Assembly: GCA_965219685.1 (NCBI GenBank) | Contig: CBDCOH010000002.1 | Location: 4,032,001-4,096,000 of the forward strand | Length of the DNA: 64,000 bases | Reading direction: 5' to 3' | Source: Candidatus Spongiisociaceae bacterium | GTDB lineage: Bacteria; Actinomycetota; Acidimicrobiia; Spongiisociales; Spongiisociaceae | In this document: positions 8,780 to 17,334 of the stretch, piece by piece | Layout of the letters: each line of letters starts with the position of its first letter | How positions within the stretch are numbered: position 1 is the first letter of the stretch | Notes under the pieces: model-generated | What the model was told of the DNA's origin: nothing | The model's database searches: none | What the model saw: only the letters and a program-made list of their open reading frames with translations | Translations under genes and position numbers: made by a program

Positions 8780-9772
8780 ATGTCTGACCCCGGAACCGCC
8801 CTCGGGATCTCTATATGCGGGGTTGAGAGCCTCGACGGGGCCCTCGAGTACTACCGCGATCTGGTGGGGTTGGATGTCCTGGAGGACGGGACCTGGGCTG
8901 GCAAGGACTTCGAGGATCATTGGCACCTTCCCGGGGGAAGCGCGGCCCGGGCCGCGCTGGTCGGCTTCGGCGACAGCCCGGTCGGTCGGGTGCTGTTGGT
9001 CGAGTTCGACGCCGCCCACCGGGTGAGGGTGAGACCGCACAAGGAGAGGGCCTTCTACGGGCTCTTCAACCTCAACTTCTACTGCTACGACATACCGGCG
9101 GCGGTGGTGGAACTGAAGGCACGCGGCTACGAGGTGTGGAGCGATCCGCTCACCTACAACGTCTCCGCCCAGGCTGGCCAACCGACGGAGGTCCTCTACG
9201 ACGGGCCGGACGGGATCATCATCAACCTGGTGCAACCGGCCGGAGGAGGGGGTACGGCCGTGGCGGAGATGAAGGCGTACCTGGACTCGCACGGTGTCAC
9301 CTCCCGCGGCTTCACGGAGGTCGCCACCTCCTCCCATCGGGTCAAGGACCGGGATCCGGCCTTCGCCTTCCATCGGGATGTGCTGGGCCAGGAGATCTTC
9401 ATCGACGCCACGCTCGGGTCCGAGTCCACCAACCAGCTCTGGACCCTGCCCGACGAGGCCCGGACCAGGGCCACCTTCATGAGGGGTTCCCATCCGTTCG
9501 GCAAGGTGGTGCTGAGCCAGCCTCTCAACTACCGGCCGCCGGACTTCGTTCCCCGAGCCGTCGCTCCCAACATCGGTTACCTGGCCATGGTGTTCCCGGT
9601 CCCCGACCTCGCCGCGGCCTTGGACGCCGCCGACCTGGCACCCGATGGTGTGATCAACAGTCCCACCGAACTGACCATCCCTGGTGTGGGGAAGCGGACC
9701 ATAGCTGTCATCAGGGCTCCCGGGAGTGGCGCAAGGTACGAACTCATGGAGGATGACGTTCCCCAACCGTAG
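8780..9772 (+). CDS. VOC/glyoxalase-family protein with two VOC modules
   Basis: C-terminal part of ORF 7694-9772, start reassigned to ATG 8780 after GGAGAG; LNFY, DGPDG and PNIGYLAM motifs; paralog of 62374-63363. Confidence 0.85.
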   Translation: MSDPGTALGISICGVESLDGALEYYRDLVGLDVLEDGTWAGKDFEDHWHLPGGSAARAALVGFGDSPVGRVLLVEFDAAHRVRVRPHKERAFYGLFNLNFYCYDIPAAVVELKARGYEVWSDPLTYNVSAQAGQPTEVLYDGPDGIIINLVQPAGGGGTAVAEMKAYLDSHGVTSRGFTEVATSSHRVKDRDPAFAFHRDVLGQEIFIDATLGSESTNQLWTLPDEARTRATFMRGSHPFGKVVLSQPLNYRPPDFVPRAVAPNIGYLAMVFPVPDLAAALDAADLAPDGVINSPTELTIPGVGKRTIAVIRAPGSGARYELMEDDVPQP

Positions 9773-9794
9773 GTGGTTGGCCTCGGATCGGGCC

Positions 9795-9829
9795 TTACGT
9801 ATACTAGAAACCACTATACGTATACGTAA
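9795..9829. promoter_or_regulatory. Palindromic operator upstream of the antitoxin gene
   Basis: Perfect inverted repeat TTACGTATAC (9795-9804) / GTATACGTAA (9820-9829) and palindrome TACGTATACGTA (9817-9828), just upstream of the antitoxin ATG. Confidence 0.6.
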
Positions 9830-9840
9830 CGGAGAAGACC

Positions 9841-10065
9841 ATGAAGCAGAAGCTGACCGTGACCGTGGAGGCCGAGCTGATCCCGCTGGCGAAGAGGTAC
9901 GCCCGCTCCCGAGGAGTCTCAGTCTCAGCCCTGATCGAGGAGTCGCTGCGGGATATCACGAAGGCGGCGACACCATCCTTCTCCTCCAGGTGGCGAGGCA
10001 AGTTTCGCGAGGCTGAACGGGACGACCAGCGTTACGAAGCGCTGGCTCGGAAGTACCTCCGCTGA
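9841..10065 (+). CDS. Antitoxin, ribbon-helix-helix type (DUF6364-like)
   Basis: MKQKLTVTVEAELIPLAKRYARSRGVSVSALIE; its stop overlaps the PIN gene start. Confidence 0.8.
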   Translation: MKQKLTVTVEAELIPLAKRYARSRGVSVSALIEESLRDITKAATPSFSSRWRGKFREAERDDQRYEALARKYLR

Positions 10066-10469
10066 TGCTCCTGGACACGGACGTGCTCATCGACATCGCC
10101 CTCGACAGGCACCCGTTCGCGCAGCCGGCTGCGGACCTCGTGGACCGGATCGAGCAGAGCCGCAGGAGAGCATTCATAGCATGGCACTCCGTATCCAATC
10201 TCTACTACATCGTCGCGCCGGTGCACGGCGGGACACGAACCCGCGACTTCATCGTCGATCTCACGCGGATCGTCGAGGTGGCGACCACAGGCACCGAGGC
10301 CGTCCGGTACGCCGCCGGACTCCCCATGGCGGACTTCGAGGACGCCTTGCAGGTGGCCGCCGCGCATGGGTCTGGGGCTCGGCACATCGTCACCAGAAAC
10401 ATACGGGACTACAGAAGATCCCCGATCCGAGCCATGAGCCCGGCAGAGGCTCTCAGCGAACTGTTCTGA
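10065..10469 (+). CDS. vapC: PIN-domain toxin (VapC family)
   Basis: LLDTDVLID, DFEDALQVAAA and IVTRNIRDY PIN motifs. Confidence 0.85.
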   Translation: MLLDTDVLIDIALDRHPFAQPAADLVDRIEQSRRRAFIAWHSVSNLYYIVAPVHGGTRTRDFIVDLTRIVEVATTGTEAVRYAAGLPMADFEDALQVAAAHGSGARHIVTRNIRDYRRSPIRAMSPAEALSELF

Positions 10470-10560
10470 CGGAAGGGCTTCCGACCGGCCACATAGCAGT
10501 GGGTGGCAACGTCGCGTTGGGGTCAGCGACACGGGCGGGCATGCGCGCGGGTCTCCCTTC

Positions 10561-11011
10561 CTAGACCGGGGGAGGCGCGGGGGCGCGCGGGGTGTACTCG
10601 GTCGCCAGCAGCGCCTTCCCGGATGGGCTGAGCACGGCGGCGCCCACACCCACGAGGGTTATGGCGCCTCCGGCGACGTGTACCGGCGTGACGACCTCTC
10701 CTAGGAAGAACCAGGCCATGGCAGCTGCCAGGAATGGCAACGCCAGGTTCATGAGGGGCGGGACGTTGGCCGGCACCCAGCGCAGGCTCCAGGTGAGCAG
10801 GATGGCGCCGATGTCGCCCGGCACGACCACGACACCGAGCACCTGCAGCATGTCCGGGCCGGTAACGTTCAGGCCATCCTGGCGGGTGAACAGGCAGAAT
10901 AACGACACGCACAGCCCGCTGACCAGCAGCATGCCCATCGTCAGCGGGATGGTGTGCATCATTCCCCGGGCCAGTTTCATGGTCACTAACTGCACTGACC
11001 AAGAAACGACG
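10561..11011 (-). pseudogene. 3' fragment of an EamA/DMT transporter (diverged copy of 19041-20000)
   Basis: Protein nearly identical to the C-terminal half of 19041-20000, many synonymous differences, 5' half missing. Confidence 0.8.
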
Positions 11012-11348
11012 GACGGGGCCCTCGAGTACTACCGCGATCTGGTCGGTTTGGATGTCGTGGAGGAAGGGACCTGGGCCGGCAAGGACTTCGAGGATCATTG
11101 GCACCTTCCCGGGGGAAGCGCGGCCCGGGCCGCGCTGGTCGGCTTCGGCGACAGCCCGGTCGGTCGGGTGCTGTTGGTCGAGTTCGACGCCGCCCACCGG
11201 GTGAGGGTGAGACCCCACAGGGAGAGGGCCTTCTACGGGCTCTTCAACCTCAACTTCTACTGCTACGACATACCGGCGGCGGTGGTGGAACTGAAGGCAC
11301 GCGGCTACGAGGTGTGGAGCGATCCACTCACCTACAACGTCTCCGCCA
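11012..11348 (+). pseudogene. Internal fragment of a VOC gene (near-identical copy of about 8834-9170)
   Basis: DGALEYYRDLVG...SDPLTYNVSA matches the 8780-9772 product; no start codon and truncated 3' end. Confidence 0.8.
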
Positions 11349-11349
11349 T

Positions 11350-11435
11350 ACCCCCACACCACCCCGTGTAGTGGAAACACCCCACTCCCGCACACCCCCT
11401 GACCAGGCAAAACGTAAACACCCGCAAAGTCGGCT
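11350..11435 (+). mobile_element. Isolated, diverged end of an IS1634-family element
   Basis: CCCCCACACC...TGTAGTGGAAACACCCCAC...CTGACCAGGCAAAACG...CACCCGCAAAGTCGG matches the reverse complement of about 16989-17075. Confidence 0.7.
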
Positions 11436-11655
11436 CAGAGTCGAAATTGCGAGGAGCCGCGCGTCGCGCAGATTTTGGTGAAGTCCCTGGACGGATCACC
11501 AACGGTCGCGGTCGGGAGTGCAAGCGTTGAGAGGATCCCCGCTCCAACGTGACGTGCCGGTTACTTCACTACAGCGAGGCAGAGAGGTGTAGAGTTGTTC
11601 ACATATGTGCGCGGGAGCAGCCGAGCCCCCGGGCGGACTGAGAGAGGAACCGCAC

Positions 11656-12918
11656 ATGTTCAGGAAAAGTACCGGGCTCGCTGCCGTCATAGTGCTGAGC
11701 GTCGCTGTCGGTGGGGCGGTGCTGGCCACCTCTGGCAGCTTCGATCCTCACGGGAAGCCGCCGACCAAGGGTTATGTGGCGGTCGAGGCGTACAAGTGGC
11801 TGCGAGACAACGCCCCGGATGCGATTGCCGGCTGTGAGAAAACGGTCGACCGGTTTGACGACCTGCGCCAGCCGGGGGTGTCGAAGTTCAAACGGGAGGC
11901 GATAAACTGCCTGGACTCGGTGGGGTTCTTCGACAACTATCCGGTGGCGGACCCGGCACCTGGACCTGGACAGGACGTCGGTTCCGGGACATCCGTTGAG
12001 GCGCCGGTGGTTCAGGTTCCCTCCGGCACTTCGACGGAGCTTGCGGTGGTCTTTGAGGCGGTCGTTCGAGTTGGGGAGACGAGGGCGTATGACTTCGGTA
12101 TTCGCACGAAGGATCCTCGGGGTAGTTGGATTGAGGCGTGCAAGACGTTCAGGAACACGTCCGGTCGGGCTGGACCGGCAGTATTCGAGCAGGGGTTTTC
12201 GGGTCTGGAGCCCGAGACCGTGTACGAGGTCCGGTATCGGTATCGCAACTCGTCGCAGTGCGGTCGCGGCTCTCCCACCGCGTGGTCCGCGATAGGGGAG
12301 GGCACCACCGGCGCCGAGGAGTCCGGGAGTTCTTCGGGGTCATCCCGTGAGGCGCCGGTGGTTCAGGTTCCCTCCGGCACTTCGACGGAGCTTGTGGTGG
12401 TCTTTGAGGATGTCTTCGTTCGAGTTGGGGTGAGGGCGTATGACTTCGGTATTCGTACAAAGGATCCTCGGGGTAGTTGGATTGAGGCGTGCAGGAGGTT
12501 CAGAAACCCGCCCAGTGGGGCTGTAGCGGCAGTAATGAGGCCGCGTTTTTCGGGTCTGGAGCCCGAGACCGTGTACGAGGTCCGGTATCGGTATCGCAAC
12601 TCGTCGGAGTGCGGTCGCGGCTCTCCCAGCGGGTGGTCCGCGATAGGGGAGGGCACCACCGGCGCCGAGGAGTCCGGGAGTTCTTCGAGGTCATACCGCG
12701 CGGGAGACGCTATTCCTGGTTTCCCGGCCGGGTTCAGCGCTCTGTCGGGGGCTTTCAGAAACGGTGTGCAGGTTACCGCTGTTGGCGGAGTGGTCACTAT
12801 CACGATGAGCAACGGCGGAACGGCGGAGTACGCCGACGCGACGTACACGTGTGCATCGGCAGGAGGATGTGTGATCGAGGACGGCCGCGTGATTCGCGGG
12901 ATAGTGATTGCATCATGA
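11656..12918 (+). CDS. Secreted protein with two tandem fibronectin type III-like repeats
   Basis: Signal peptide MFRKSTGLAAVIVLSVAVGGAVLA; FSGLEPETVYEVRYRYRN...WS motif present twice. Confidence 0.75.
   Translation: MFRKSTGLAAVIVLSVAVGGAVLATSGSFDPHGKPPTKGYVAVEAYKWLRDNAPDAIAGCEKTVDRFDDLRQPGVSKFKREAINCLDSVGFFDNYPVADPAPGPGQDVGSGTSVEAPVVQVPSGTSTELAVVFEAVVRVGETRAYDFGIRTKDPRGSWIEACKTFRNTSGRAGPAVFEQGFSGLEPETVYEVRYRYRNSSQCGRGSPTAWSAIGEGTTGAEESGSSSGSSREAPVVQVPSGTSTELVVVFEDVFVRVGVRAYDFGIRTKDPRGSWIEACRRFRNPPSGAVAAVMRPRFSGLEPETVYEVRYRYRNSSECGRGSPSGWSAIGEGTTGAEESGSSSRSYRAGDAIPGFPAGFSALSGAFRNGVQVTAVGGVVTITMSNGGTAEYADATYTCASAGGCVIEDGRVIRGIVIAS
11998..12694 (+). repeat. Intragenic direct repeat, 351-bp period, 2 copies
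   Basis: GAGGCGCCGGTGGTTCAGGTTCCCTCCGGCACTTCG at 11998 and 12349. Confidence 0.9.
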
Positions 12919-13035
12919 AGCGCCGGAGGCCAGCGGTAGGACCGAGCACTCGGATGTCGTGAGCGGTGCGATGTGGGGGATTGTCAGAGCGCCCCTCAGA
13001 CTGCGTCCGGGGCGCGGGAGGGGGGTAGTCGCTTG

Positions 13036-16000
13036 ATGGTCCGTCTGCTCACCGGCATAGGCGTATTGGTTCTGTTGACGGTTCTTAGCCCTCGCGCTGA
13101 GACAGCGATCGCCGGACCGTTGGAGGCTGCGGAGCGGCTCCTGGCTTCGGCGAGCGATCCGTTGGGTGACGTGGGCGATGACTGTGATGTTCATGGCGGG
13201 TCTCAGGAAGGCTGTTTCTCAGTGCCTGTGAAGGCTGGCCCGTTCGTTGACGAAGCGTCTGCTAGTCGATTGGGTCCGACGGCTCAGCAGACTGAGGTCC
13301 GTACCGGGTTATACGAGGATGTCAGCGAGGATGACATCTTCCATGCGAGCATACGGAGGCTGGCTTCGCAGGGGATCTTTGCCGGTACGGACTGTGCGGA
13401 GGGCAGGTTCTGCCCTTCGGATCCTGTTGAGCGCTGGGTGATGGCGGTCTGGATGATAAGGGCGGTCTTGGGTGATGATCCGCCGCCCGTCTCCATTACA
13501 CGGTTTGACGATGTGGAGACCACTGAGTGGTGGGCTCCGTACGTCGAGCAAGTGGCGGATTGGGGGGTCACGACGGGTTGTAAGCTTGCGCCGCTGCGCT
13601 TCTGCCCGACGGCCCCGGTCACACGCGGTCAGATGGCTGCGTTCTTTTCTCGCGCGCTCGGTCTCGATCGAGGGTCAGCGGAGTTCTTCGTGGACACTGG
13701 TGATACGGTTCATCGGGAGGCTATTGTGGCTCTGGCCGCGGCGGGGATCACCCAAGGTTGCAGGGTTGAGCCACCTAGTTACTGTCCTGACCGACGTGTG
13801 ACGAAGGGTCAGATGGCTGCGTTCTTGGGGCGGGCTCTCGATCTCGGTGTTCAAGTCAGGACCGCACGACTCGCACCGGAGGACGAGGCGGACTTTAAGC
13901 TGCGTGTGGTCCCGTACGTTCTGTCCGCTGAGTCCTATTCCTTGGACTTCGCGGAAGATGGTCGTTTCGTTGAGTACGGTAGTGGCTACAGGGCTCCCGG
14001 CCGTTTCGAGTATCGGGCTATCGGATCGAAGTCTGGCATCCTAGTCCAGACCTATGATGACGGCGGTTTCGGTGGGTCGTGCACGACGTCACTTTCGTTC
14101 AGCACGCGATGGGCCGGGAGCCTTGAGTATACGTGTGATGACGGCTCACGTAGTCGGCAGAAATGGCGGATCGCTCCTATCCCCGTGCGGCCTCCGCCGG
14201 ACGTTCGGCCTATCGAAGAAGGCTCGACGGTGTTGCAGGTTTCGTTCGTTGATTCCTTCGAGGCGAACGAAACCCGTGCCTACGACTATCAACTCAGGTC
14301 CACAAGTGAAACGGGCCCATGGACTTCAACGTGTGACACGATTACGAACGTCAGTGGCCACCAGATCCGGTCCCGGGCGGGAAGCCAACTCCGGGAGTTA
14401 TTGCCGGGCACGGAATATCACATCCGCTATCGGTACCGTGGGTCGTCATCATGTGGCACAAGCGTGAACCGTCCGTGGTCGCACACCGCCACCATAACCA
14501 CCAACGGCCCTCCCACTGTTCGACCACCCAGCTTTGCGGAGGAAAGCTCCACGACGCGGCGCATGGTCGAGGGAGCAGGCCCCGGCGTCGACGTCGGAGG
14601 GCCTGTCTCTGCTCAGGGTGTGGGTCCTGTCACCTACTCGCTTGAAGGACCCGACGCGCAGAGTTTCTTGGTTGCGAGTCACTCGGGCCAGATCCGTACG
14701 AACAACACCTCGATGTACGACTACGAGACAAAGAGCCGCTATCACGTCGTGGTTCGAGCCGTCGACGGCAACGACGTGAGCACGACGACTGATGTTGACA
14801 TCGTTCTGGGCGACTTGAAGCCGGCTTGCCGGAGTATTCCGGACCTCAGGCTCAGGGCCGGTGACCGAAGCGTGACTGCTCGGTGGAGCCGGCCGGATCG
14901 TCAAGACGGCGAAGCAGGGATCCTCGGATACCAAGTACAGCTGCGCCGAGGGTCGAGCAGTTCATGGGGTGATGACCGGATCATGCCCGGACCCCAGTTC
15001 CCAGGGGTGGCATACACCGGGCTCCGCAACGGGGAGGCTTACCAGGTACGGGTGCGCCCGTTGAACAACGAGGGATACTGCTCGTGGACCCGCTCCACTA
15101 CCGCGACGCCGACGACCGCTCTAGCACCTTCGGACCCCCAAGACCTAGATGACCGCCTGGATGAACGCTGGATCGGCACACCCGACCATCATCTGACGTT
15201 CTCCGCGCCGACCAGGTGTCGGTACACGTCGAACGGCTCGATCTCTGATGCGTATTGTAACTACCGCAGAACCTCCCCCGATGAGGGCGAGATCATATTG
15301 GAGTTCGACGATCCATCCCGTGGCTATTGCAGTGTCGCGCTGGCCTTTTCGTCTTTGACGTCAGGTTCCTTCCTGGATGAATGCTGGAACGCGGGTGTGA
15401 ACGCTGGTGAACCCCCCTCCGAGTTCGTTGTTCCACCACACGCGCCCCGCACAGCCGACGAACTCAGAGAGTTACTCGCACGAGATGGAGTACCGACAGT
15501 CACGACTGCTCCTAGAGATAGAGACGAGTTTCTTCGTCTATTCGCAGGTAGGACCAACCTCATTCCCGGTGTAGTAATCGGAACCTTCTTCTTTAAGAGC
15601 CACTCCCTATCTGCCATACCCGAAGTCGTCCCTAGTGAGAAGAGTCAAGCAGCCTATGCGACCATTCTGAAATACGATTCGATAGGCAATCGAGAATCGG
15701 CAGCGTTCCATCGTTGGGAATACAGCATGACAGGACCCACCCGAGGGTTGCTCACCGTTCTACCAAACGGTGGTAGCGGAGGCTATCAGTTCTCGCTTGA
15801 CTTTCGAACTGATGGAACCATCGGTATCACGGTAACGGACGATAGCGGCCAATCGGTTGACTGGATTAGCCGAACCTTTGAAGGGCTTGGAGCAGCGGGC
15901 GAGTTGATGGACTCGGTACCGATTATCCTTCCGACTCCTCCTATCGCGCCGATGAGCCTGGATCAGCCGGACTTCGCACCGGACGATGACGAGACTTACT

Positions 16001-17334
16001 TTGCTGATCACTACTTACGGTTCCCTCCCTCGACGCGCTCGTGGAGAGATGTGGAGGCCGTTCTAGGAGGTAGCAGCCTCCATAGGCTCTTTCACAACTG
16101 GTCGTCACACAAGTATACGAAGACCGGACACAACCGGGGACGGATTAGCCTCACGTTTGGTGAATTCGATCCGAATCACCCAGAACGTGACCATTCCCTA
16201 CCGGACGAGTTCTATCAGCGCTTCGAGGGTGCCGTTTGGGAAATCGATATCGAGTTTCTGTCGGAAGACACGATTCGAGTTAACGCGCAATTGTTCATCA
16301 GGGGTTCCGAAACAGGTTTGGGAGTCAGTCGCACAATCAACTACGACGGCGACCGAGTAGGACTCGACGAGTTCCCATTAGAGGTTGTGCCCCCGGAGAA
16401 GCCGCCACAAGAACCAGGTGAGGACATTCCGGGCGTTGACGTGGCACCAGTAGTATCGGTGTCCGGGATAGGTCAGGACGACGTTCAACTGTTCCTTGTA
16501 CGGAACTCTGGTGAAGCGGAAGCCGCGTACAGTCCAGGGGACTGGCTTGAGCCTAAGGATGGCGCAGTACAGAGGATGATGATCGTCGGATCTACACAGG
16601 TCTCCGCCAGCCTTCCTCAGGATGCCACAAGATACGTTCTCGCGTTCTCCCGAGGAACGACTCGTGGCAGGTTAGGCTCGGTGAGCGGACTCGGCCCAGC
16701 AGCAGTCGTTGCTCTCAGACCGAATGCTACAGGCTTGCTCCGAATGCGCACCGCAGAACCGGAGTTCGCCCAAACCTCCAACAGGACAAGTCTGACACTA
16801 CTGCAGGTCGTCTGCATGCAGCAAGAACAGGACATACCGATTAGAGGAGCACGGTACTTTTCGAAGCCGAAGCAGGCTACCAGCACCGTGCAGATGTGCC
16901 AACGCGATTGTGTCTTGAACCGGAACGAACAGATCCAGAGTTGTGTATGGGAGTGCGAAGGCCATCCTTCACGCCCGGCATCATCTGACCCGAATTTGGC
17001 GGGTGTTTTGCGTTTTGCCTGGTCAGAGGGGGTTTGGCGGTGGGGTGTTTCCACTACATGGGCGGTGTGGGGGGCCGGTGGTGGGGTTAGGGGGTTAGGT
17101 GATGGTGGGGTTGTCCCAGGTGCGGGTGTCTGCTCCGATGGCGGTGAGGATTCGGGTTTGCAGGGGGCTGCGCCGGCTGGTGACCTGGATTCGGCGGCGG
17201 TTGGCGGTGAGTTGGTGGCGGCGGATTCGGTTGAGGTCGCGCAGGGCTCGGGCGGCGGTGAGGTGCTGGTCGCCGAGGTCGGGATCGCGGATGTCGGCTG
17301 CTGCGAGGGCGTGGTTGATGAGGGTTTCGATTAG
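13036..17334 (+). CDS. Large surface protein (signal peptide, S-layer homology repeats, FN3-like and cadherin-like domains, Cys-rich end); 3' end interrupted by IS1634
   Basis: Three SLH-like repeats (FCPSDPVERWVMA, FCPTAPVTRGQMAAF, YCPDRRVTKGQMAAF), cadherin-like YDYETKSRYHVVVRAVD, FN3 GLRNGEAYQVRVR; native stop reconstructs to 18999. Confidence 0.8.
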   Translation: MVRLLTGIGVLVLLTVLSPRAETAIAGPLEAAERLLASASDPLGDVGDDCDVHGGSQEGCFSVPVKAGPFVDEASASRLGPTAQQTEVRTGLYEDVSEDDIFHASIRRLASQGIFAGTDCAEGRFCPSDPVERWVMAVWMIRAVLGDDPPPVSITRFDDVETTEWWAPYVEQVADWGVTTGCKLAPLRFCPTAPVTRGQMAAFFSRALGLDRGSAEFFVDTGDTVHREAIVALAAAGITQGCRVEPPSYCPDRRVTKGQMAAFLGRALDLGVQVRTARLAPEDEADFKLRVVPYVLSAESYSLDFAEDGRFVEYGSGYRAPGRFEYRAIGSKSGILVQTYDDGGFGGSCTTSLSFSTRWAGSLEYTCDDGSRSRQKWRIAPIPVRPPPDVRPIEEGSTVLQVSFVDSFEANETRAYDYQLRSTSETGPWTSTCDTITNVSGHQIRSRAGSQLRELLPGTEYHIRYRYRGSSSCGTSVNRPWSHTATITTNGPPTVRPPSFAEESSTTRRMVEGAGPGVDVGGPVSAQGVGPVTYSLEGPDAQSFLVASHSGQIRTNNTSMYDYETKSRYHVVVRAVDGNDVSTTTDVDIVLGDLKPACRSIPDLRLRAGDRSVTARWSRPDRQDGEAGILGYQVQLRRGSSSSWGDDRIMPGPQFPGVAYTGLRNGEAYQVRVRPLNNEGYCSWTRSTTATPTTALAPSDPQDLDDRLDERWIGTPDHHLTFSAPTRCRYTSNGSISDAYCNYRRTSPDEGEIILEFDDPSRGYCSVALAFSSLTSGSFLDECWNAGVNAGEPPSEFVVPPHAPRTADELRELLARDGVPTVTTAPRDRDEFLRLFAGRTNLIPGVVIGTFFFKSHSLSAIPEVVPSEKSQAAYATILKYDSIGNRESAAFHRWEYSMTGPTRGLLTVLPNGGSGGYQFSLDFRTDGTIGITVTDDSGQSVDWISRTFEGLGAAGELMDSVPIILPTPPIAPMSLDQPDFAPDDDETYFADHYLRFPPSTRSWRDVEAVLGGSSLHRLFHNWSSHKYTKTGHNRGRISLTFGEFDPNHPERDHSLPDEFYQRFEGAVWEIDIEFLSEDTIRVNAQLFIRGSETGLGVSRTINYDGDRVGLDEFPLEVVPPEKPPQEPGEDIPGVDVAPVVSVSGIGQDDVQLFLVRNSGEAEAAYSPGDWLEPKDGAVQRMMIVGSTQVSASLPQDATRYVLAFSRGTTRGRLGSVSGLGPAAVVALRPNATGLLRMRTAEPEFAQTSNRTSLTLLQVVCMQQEQDIPIRGARYFSKPKQATSTVQMCQRDCVLNRNEQIQSCVWECEGHPSRPASSDPNLAGVLRFAWSEGVWRWGVSTTWAVWGAGGGVRGLGDGGVVPGAGVCSDGGEDSGLQGAAPAGDLDSAAVGGELVAADSVEVAQGSGGGEVLVAEVGIADVGCCEGVVDEGFD

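Noticed and set aside
10592-11371. 259-aa ORF as a novel fusion protein
   Set aside because: It is the antisense of the EamA fragment joined to a truncated VOC fragment; a rearrangement scar rather than a gene
11998-12694. Diversity-generating retroelement TR/VR pair
   Set aside because: Differences are not confined to adenines of one copy, both copies are coding, and no reverse transcriptase is in the window
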